Positions 58,161 through 64,000 of a stretch of 64,000 nt of DNA are shown piece after piece. Made by a program: the position numbers and the translations under genes. The first letter of the stretch is position 1; each line of letters opens with the position of its first letter. Where the stretch lies: sequence record PV467749.1; one strand, written 5' to 3'. The notes beneath the pieces are model-generated. The model did no database searches. It worked only from the letters and a program-made list of their open reading frames with translations, and was not told where the DNA came from. This stretch comes from a phage.

Positions 58161-58321
<161 letters not shown>

Positions 58322-58325
<4 letters not shown>

Positions 58326-58482
58326 ATTCGTACCAGTAGTTCAATTAAGTACATTTCATATGCTGGATCGTTGATAAGTTTATCATACAGATGTGGCTCT
58401 GAAATGAATTCCCAATGATACTTTAGCCATTTACCGATACCCGAATATCTAAAATTAATATCATTCATCCATTCTTCATGTG

Positions 58483-58486
<4 letters not shown>
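58322..58486 (-). CDS. 54-aa MTHEEW-family protein
   Basis: MTHEEWMNDINFRYSGIGKWLKYHWEFISEPHLYDKLINDPAYEMYLIELLVRI; ATGA overlaps at both ends. Confidence 0.6.
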
Positions 58487-58647
<161 letters not shown>

Positions 58648-58649
58648 GG

Positions 58650-58750
<101 letters not shown>

Positions 58751-58754
58751 ATTT

Positions 58755-58870
<116 letters not shown>

Positions 58871-58887
58871 ATAGTCTGTTCCAATAT

Positions 58888-59160
58888 TTATGATTCGGTT
58901 TCGGGATTAAATTTTATAAATTCATCTTTATGTTCATCTTCAATTGCAATATCTTCTACGTCTTCAGGCCAGATTGTGGTGTCCCCTTGGTAGAAGCGAT
59001 AGTTATCGAATTCTGCACTACGTGTTCTTCCCTGTTCCCAACCAATAGTACAGTCATGATATACATCACCACTACGTGTACGAATGCTTATTGAGTCTTG
59101 TGTTTCATAAAGAACGTCAATGCGTGTGTTACGATTTGTATTGAATTTTTCAAAATGCAT
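58888..59160 (-). CDS. hypothetical protein
   Basis: Start moved to MHFEKFNT (gggga SD). Confidence 0.6.
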   Translation of the reverse strand: MHFEKFNTNRNTRIDVLYETQDSISIRTRSGDVYHDCTIGWEQGRTRSAEFDNYRFYQGDTTIWPEDVEDIAIEDEHKDEFIKFNPETES

Positions 59161-59181
59161 AGTAATCCCCAATAACAATTG

Positions 59182-59400
59182 TTATTCTTGTGGTTTAGTT
59201 ACACCAACACCAATAATACTTTTAATATCAATATGGATATTAGCAAGTTCATTACTGTCAAACGGGTTAGTTTCAGTTACAACAACAGTGGTGTCATTAA
59301 CTAAAACTACTGAACCTTTTACACGGTATCCCTGAAGGAGTACTTGTACATTGTCACCAGCGTTTAATGAGTTAATAACTTCTAATAGAGTAGATTCCAT
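59182..59400 (-). CDS. hypothetical protein
   Basis: 72 aa. Confidence 0.55.
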   Translation of the reverse strand: MESTLLEVINSLNAGDNVQVLLQGYRVKGSVVLVNDTTVVVTETNPFDSNELANIHIDIKSIIGVGVTKPQE

Positions 59401-59410
59401 TTTATTTTCC

Positions 59411-59608
59411 TTACGGTTTACTATTTTTACGTTTTTCTGATTCGGGTACAGTTTTCATTTCACCAATACATAGTTCCATGATGAGTACACCTTTGTCATT
59501 ATAACGTACTACATCTTCAATGTCAAAATGTCTCGCACTATGAACAACTTCAATACATGCATCATCGGGATATGATTCCAATAATGCTACAAGTTCTGCT
59601 TTAGTCAC
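59411..59608 (-). CDS. hypothetical protein
   Basis: GTG start after gaggaa; 65 aa. Confidence 0.55.
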   Translation of the reverse strand: MTKAELVALLESYPDDACIEVVHSARHFDIEDVVRYNDKGVLIMELCIGEMKTVPESEKRKNSKP

Positions 59609-59621
59609 TTTGGATTCCTCG

Positions 59622-59970
<349 letters not shown>

Positions 59971-59980
59971 ACTATATCTT

Positions 59981-60151
59981 CTATTTCCTAATTGCAAGCT
60001 CATAGATGAACCAGTGATTACTATCCTCATCAAGTACAAATGATTTGAAAAGTTGTTTATCTTTTAACACATCATAATGACCTTGGCGTATACCAAAACC
60101 AAAAGGATTATGTTTAAATTTTAGTTCATCTAACCATTCTTTGTGTGTCAT
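59981..60151 (-). CDS. 56-aa MTHEEW-family protein (below cutoff)
   Basis: MTHKEWLDELKFKHNPFGFGIRQGHYDVLKDKQLFKSFVLDEDSNHWFIYELAIRK; ATGA overlap with the upstream stop. Confidence 0.55.
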   Translation of the reverse strand: MTHKEWLDELKFKHNPFGFGIRQGHYDVLKDKQLFKSFVLDEDSNHWFIYELAIRK

Positions 60152-60333
60152 CTTATTTTGTCCATGACTGCTATACTAAAATATGTACCAAAATCATCAC
60201 AATTGATGATGTTGTTATAGTACTCGATTGGGTTACGCAATGATATATACAATTCAAGCTTAAAATAGTATATATCTGCTGCATTTATATTATAGTGTAG
60301 ATTAAACCACTCATCAAATGTCTTAGGCTGCAT
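60148..60333 (-). CDS. hypothetical small protein (possibly a distant MTHEEW relative)
   Basis: MQPKTFDEWFNLHYN... Confidence 0.5.
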   Translation of the reverse strand: MQPKTFDEWFNLHYNINAADIYYFKLELYISLRNPIEYYNNIINCDDFGTYFSIAVMDKIR

Positions 60334-60727
60334 TATATTTATCTTTATAAAAATCCATGATTTTAGTCAACAGTACTGCAATCGTATAATCTAAATCAGG
60401 ATAAAGTAAATTGTACTGAAATTCTTCCTCTACACTATAGTTTGTGGTGCAGTACTGATAGTCTTTATAACCAATGGAAAAATGGTTAGGATACAATGTA
60501 CAACGAAAACGATATGCTTCATCTGTCATATAATCATTGTATTCAACACAGAAGTATAGTGATTTGGCATTTAATTCAATAAGCTCAACGAAACCATCAG
60601 GTAATGAATGGTTATAAATTACTGAATCTTCATTAAACCATTCATAGTATTTTTCCAAAAAATCACTAATGGATACATCCAGACTTTGTATAGGTGGAGT
60701 AATGACAATTTGAACTTCGTTATTCAT
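60323..60727 (-). CDS. hypothetical protein, EE-x-FQ family
   Basis: SVEEEFQYNLLYPD. Confidence 0.65.
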   Translation of the reverse strand: MNNEVQIVITPPIQSLDVSISDFLEKYYEWFNEDSVIYNHSLPDGFVELIELNAKSLYFCVEYNDYMTDEAYRFRCTLYPNHFSIGYKDYQYCTTNYSVEEEFQYNLLYPDLDYTIAVLLTKIMDFYKDKYNAA

Positions 60728-61212
60728 TTCGACCCCTTACTATATTTCACGTATGGGCTATCATACAGATCATAACTTTTTTGTGCACGTTCTTTTCGGC
60801 GTTCATACATGATTCTATCATACTCTTTAGCTTTCTGATTTGCTTCATTATACAATTTTAAAATTAGCAAAAATGCATCAAGATCGGGATAGTTTGCTGG
60901 ATTGATAGTACTCAGCATAAATCGTTCTTCTTCAGTTCTAGCTAAGTCAAATTCATACTTAATAGTTTTATACCCACTCCATTTATATATATGCGTTACT
61001 TTATTAGTAAGTACATTATATTCAACGAAGTCAGTACTACCATCAAGTACACGAGTAATCTTAATAGATGTACCAATGACAATCTGTACAGAACTCATTT
61101 CTGAAGTTTTAAAGTAAAAAATGTTATTACGGCGAAGATTAACTTCTCGATCTCCAATGCGAACATGCTTAATAACTTCCATTAATGGTTCTGGGACACC
61201 ACGAATCGGCAT
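60724..61212 (-). CDS. hypothetical protein, EE-x-FQ family
   Basis: RTEEERFMLSTINP; start moved to MPIRGVP (gagga SD). Confidence 0.6.
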   Translation of the reverse strand: MPIRGVPEPLMEVIKHVRIGDREVNLRRNNIFYFKTSEMSSVQIVIGTSIKITRVLDGSTDFVEYNVLTNKVTHIYKWSGYKTIKYEFDLARTEEERFMLSTINPANYPDLDAFLLILKLYNEANQKAKEYDRIMYERRKERAQKSYDLYDSPYVKYSKGSK

Positions 61213-61213
61213 G

Positions 61214-61783
61214 TTAGTATTCCTCAACAACGGTTAGGAATCTATCCCAACCAGTATAAGTGAAATGATCAAAGTATTGTTTTTCGCCACCTACCATATA
61301 TACTTCAATTAAACCGTGGTCGAAATAATTTTTTGGTTTTTTAACTTCAGTTACAATTGCTTTATGTCTGAAACCATTATAATCAGTATATGTTACAATA
61401 TCGTGAATTTTGATATTATCAGGTGTATAAGTGTTGGCGTTATTATTGAGAACATGAAGATGATGGTCTACGATTTCTTTACTGGAAATTACCCCAAATA
61501 TGTTACCAGAAAATACTTTATTACCATTACAGGTCAATGCCCAGCCATCACCAACTTCAATAGATTCAAATACATAATGTGTGCAAATTTTAGATACATC
61601 TGACGTATCCCAGTAATCACCATCAAGATTGGTGAATTTATAAACAGTTTTGAGTTTTTCGCCATCAAATGAAAGCAATGATACTCCGATAACAACCGTT
61701 CCGTCTTTAAGAATAATATTAAATTTATTATTTGTATTAAAGTATGCTTCTGACTCAGATGAGTTGAATTTAATAAAGTTCAT
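61214..61783 (-). CDS. hypothetical protein
   Basis: 189 aa. Confidence 0.65.
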   Translation of the reverse strand: MNFIKFNSSESEAYFNTNNKFNIILKDGTVVIGVSLLSFDGEKLKTVYKFTNLDGDYWDTSDVSKICTHYVFESIEVGDGWALTCNGNKVFSGNIFGVISSKEIVDHHLHVLNNNANTYTPDNIKIHDIVTYTDYNGFRHKAIVTEVKKPKNYFDHGLIEVYMVGGEKQYFDHFTYTGWDRFLTVVEEY

Positions 61784-61830
61784 ATGTTCTCCTTAGTAAG
61801 TCATAGTATTATATCAGAGTTTCATTGCAC

Positions 61831-62223
61831 TTACCAGCATGTTTTCATAACTTCTGTGATGTAAATCATTTTATCTTTTAGTTCATAAGGGATGCAAATT
61901 TCACCTGGGCTTAACGTTGTGTTCTTTTGAAACTCATCCTCTTCGGAATCAGCCAGGTAAAATGGGTGCGTCACAAAGTTATCATCAACTGGACGATTAT
62001 GTGGTTTCATTAATGCATCATGATTGACAAAATAATAAGCATCAATATCAGGACGGAAATACAAACAATCAACCTTAATGCACGGGTGTAACCATAAGGA
62101 CAAAGAATATGTTATTTGGTTACCAATTTGTCTTGGACCAGATGCAATTGTATTGATGTTATTTTTATCTTGTACCATTTCATAAATGAAATCTATCATT
62201 TTACGTAGTTCAGATTCAGTCAT
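61831..62223 (-). CDS. hypothetical protein, EE-x-FQ family
   Basis: DSEEDEFQKNTTLSP. Confidence 0.65.
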   Translation of the reverse strand: MTESELRKMIDFIYEMVQDKNNINTIASGPRQIGNQITYSLSLWLHPCIKVDCLYFRPDIDAYYFVNHDALMKPHNRPVDDNFVTHPFYLADSEEDEFQKNTTLSPGEICIPYELKDKMIYITEVMKTCW

Positions 62224-62273
62224 TTTATTTCCTTAAAAAAATACCCAGTACTAGACTGGGTATAAAGTAATGT

Positions 62274-62423
62274 TCAATCAGATTTCTTTTCGTAATCTGC
62301 AAAAACAGTCAGGATTGTTGCACACAGTGAATCAACTGCTGCTGCACGTTTTTCATCAAGGGATTTCGCTAGTTCTTGAATCTCTTGAAGTTTTACTACT
62401 AAGTCAATTTTTTGATTACTCAT
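62274..62423 (-). CDS. small hypothetical protein
   Basis: Start moved to MSNQKIDL (aggag SD); followed by terminator acccagt-actag-actgggt (62244-62262). Confidence 0.5.
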   Translation of the reverse strand: MSNQKIDLVVKLQEIQELAKSLDEKRAAAVDSLCATILTVFADYEKKSD

Positions 62424-62445
62424 TACTTCTCCTATTGAATGTATT

Positions 62446-62751
62446 TTAGATGTTAATTTTGATACCAGATAGATCCAGTACTTTACGTATAGTAGGTTCT
62501 GGTTCAGGCTGAACAACCTCTTCAGGCTCTTGTACTGGAATCTTTGTGTTAATATTTAGACCATCTTGAAGAATTTCAGGGATAATTCCATGCTGCACAT
62601 CATTGTACATAGACACAACAGTTTCTGCACAAGATAACATTTCACGAACTTTAAACTGATATCCTTGTGGTAAATCTTTGATGATTTCCATAACATCTAA
62701 TAACTTCGTTTGTACATCAATAAGAATACTGTTTGATTTATCTGCGTCCAT
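62446..62751 (-). CDS. hypothetical protein
   Basis: 101 aa. Confidence 0.6.
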   Translation of the reverse strand: MDADKSNSILIDVQTKLLDVMEIIKDLPQGYQFKVREMLSCAETVVSMYNDVQHGIIPEILQDGLNINTKIPVQEPEEVVQPEPEPTIRKVLDLSGIKINI

Positions 62752-63257
62752 TAATCCAACTCCACTACGTTATTTTTTTTCTTTGTATTTACTACAGTGG
62801 GTGAATCATTTTTTGTCACATCACCTCGTAATTTCTTTTCTAGTGCGATGATACGCTTTAATGTCTTAATTGACGGTCGTTTCTTTGTTAGCTCGGCTTT
62901 TGCTTCAGTATAATACTTTCGGATATATCCATATGCATAATACTTAGAACCAATAAAAATTTCAGCAACGGCTGGCTGGTTACTCATTTCGGCCCCATCA
63001 AGATCCACTGGTGATGCATAAAATACAATATTTGTATTACACGAAGAAATTTTAGCAACCAGTAAGTTAGCTTCAAGTTTATTCAAAATCAACGTAGTGG
63101 TTTCTTCTGCCTCGTCACTGTACTGCATTGCTGACATTAGAAGTTGAAATGACTTGAAGTAATTACTACCACTGATTACCGTATTGAAGATTAAGCCCAA
63201 TGTAATCAGTACTAGTGTACCAAGACATATAAACAAAAACCAATATTCAACACTCAT
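62751..63257 (-). CDS. hypothetical protein with N-terminal TM anchor
   Basis: 168 aa; WFLFICLGTLVLITLGLIF. Confidence 0.6.
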   Translation of the reverse strand: MSVEYWFLFICLGTLVLITLGLIFNTVISGSNYFKSFQLLMSAMQYSDEAEETTTLILNKLEANLLVAKISSCNTNIVFYASPVDLDGAEMSNQPAVAEIFIGSKYYAYGYIRKYYTEAKAELTKKRPSIKTLKRIIALEKKLRGDVTKNDSPTVVNTKKKNNVVELD

Positions 63258-63322
63258 TAATATATCCTCAGTTTGTATTTTATTAAAAAAGCCCCATCAA
63301 CATTGATGAGGCGGGAAATCAA

Positions 63323-63532
63323 TTACTTACGGTTTGCTTTACGCAGTTCAGAAAGTTCTTCTTGTAGACTTTTCTTCCATGCAATTAGATGAGCAAAACG
63401 GATTGGCCTTGCACCAGTACCGTGGAATACTGCGAGAGCTTCTTCAGCTTGATGAATCTGGAACTGAATGTAGTTCACAGTGCGGTCGAAGTCGGTGATA
63501 TCTAGTACTTGTGCGTTAGTTTCTTTAGCCAT
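63323..63532 (-). CDS. hypothetical protein
   Basis: 69 aa; downstream hairpin cctcatca-atgt-tgatgggg + T6 (minus sense). Confidence 0.6.
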   Translation of the reverse strand: MAKETNAQVLDITDFDRTVNYIQFQIHQAEEALAVFHGTGARPIRFAHLIAWKKSLQEELSELRKANRK

Positions 63533-63649
63533 TTTTAATACCCTTTTATTTCTTTTTTATGAAAAACCCTCATCATTGAGGAATGGTTTGCATTTTTACA
63601 TCTGCCGATAATATACATTATATCATGCTTTTCAGCGTTGTCCCAAAAA

Positions 63650-63946
63650 TTAATTATTTTTTAGAACAAATTTCACAACTGGTAACTCTGTTTCGTTTGA
63701 TTCGGATTCATTATATCCGTTCTTCGTGAGAACGTCAATAACTTTTTTAGAATCGATTGTAAATTTATCAAGTTCAGTATAACGATAATAACCAATGGTC
63801 TGACTGAACTCATACTCACCTGGACGCTGACGGCAACATGTTTGTGTTTCTGACATAATTGCATTGATTAGATAATAAGATTCAGTACTATCATTGTTTG
63901 GTACATAAATCTTACCATCAAAATGAATCACTTCATGCTTATTCAT
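63650..63946 (-). CDS. hypothetical protein
   Basis: 98 aa; downstream hairpin cctca-atga-tgagg + T5 (minus sense). Confidence 0.6.
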   Translation of the reverse strand: MNKHEVIHFDGKIYVPNNDSTESYYLINAIMSETQTCCRQRPGEYEFSQTIGYYRYTELDKFTIDSKKVIDVLTKNGYNESESNETELPVVKFVLKNN

Positions 63947-64000
63947 ACAGTGAGTTAATCTCCGATTGAAGAATTGAAATAATTTCCTTTTGAAGACCTG

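Overview
AT-rich, very densely coded DNA that looks like part of a large lytic bacteriophage genome. I cannot assign a taxon or host from the sequence alone. No integrase, transposase, reverse transcriptase or CRISPR array was seen. The window has three parts. (1) nt 1-18825, + strand: a tandem array of 16 paralogous genes (the first is cut by the window edge, one is frameshifted) for 369-449 aa RCC1-like beta-propeller repeat proteins. Fourteen begin with the near-invariant peptide MLPF(V/A)R(M/L)(F/V)(D/K)YGN. Most are preceded by the same ~70-nt cassette: a CCAGTAC...GTACTGG terminator hairpin, a TAAATA-N3-TATAAT promoter-like motif and an AAGGAGG ribosome-binding site. (2) nt 18862-54300, almost entirely minus strand: about 90 small, tightly packed, often overlapping genes. 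They are driven by sigma70-type TTGACA-N16/17-TATAAT promoters and by a seven-copy fused terminator/promoter module (GGYTGACCGAAGTCAACC). This part contains several expanded paralog families: small multi-TM proteins, signal-peptide two-Cys proteins and an acidic 'EE-x-FQ' family. It also holds three HNH endonucleases, a P-loop ATPase, a sigma70-family sigma factor, an HslV-like Ntn peptidase candidate, a minimal kinase-like ORF and a PD-(D/E)XK nuclease candidate. (3) nt 54300-59750: a tRNA cluster on the minus strand with Thr-UGU, Asn-GUU, a CAU tRNA split by a 230-nt group I intron, Ser-GCU, Ser-UGA and two aberrant tRNA-like elements. It is interleaved with more paralog families, including tiny ORFs below the ORF-track cutoff. 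Two long non-coding, GC-enriched, hairpin-rich regions (40934-41593 and 57340-57726) are unexplained. The palindrome AGTACT appears about 10-fold over-represented throughout, by eye rather than by computation. All functional calls rest on motif reading by eye; no database search was possible.
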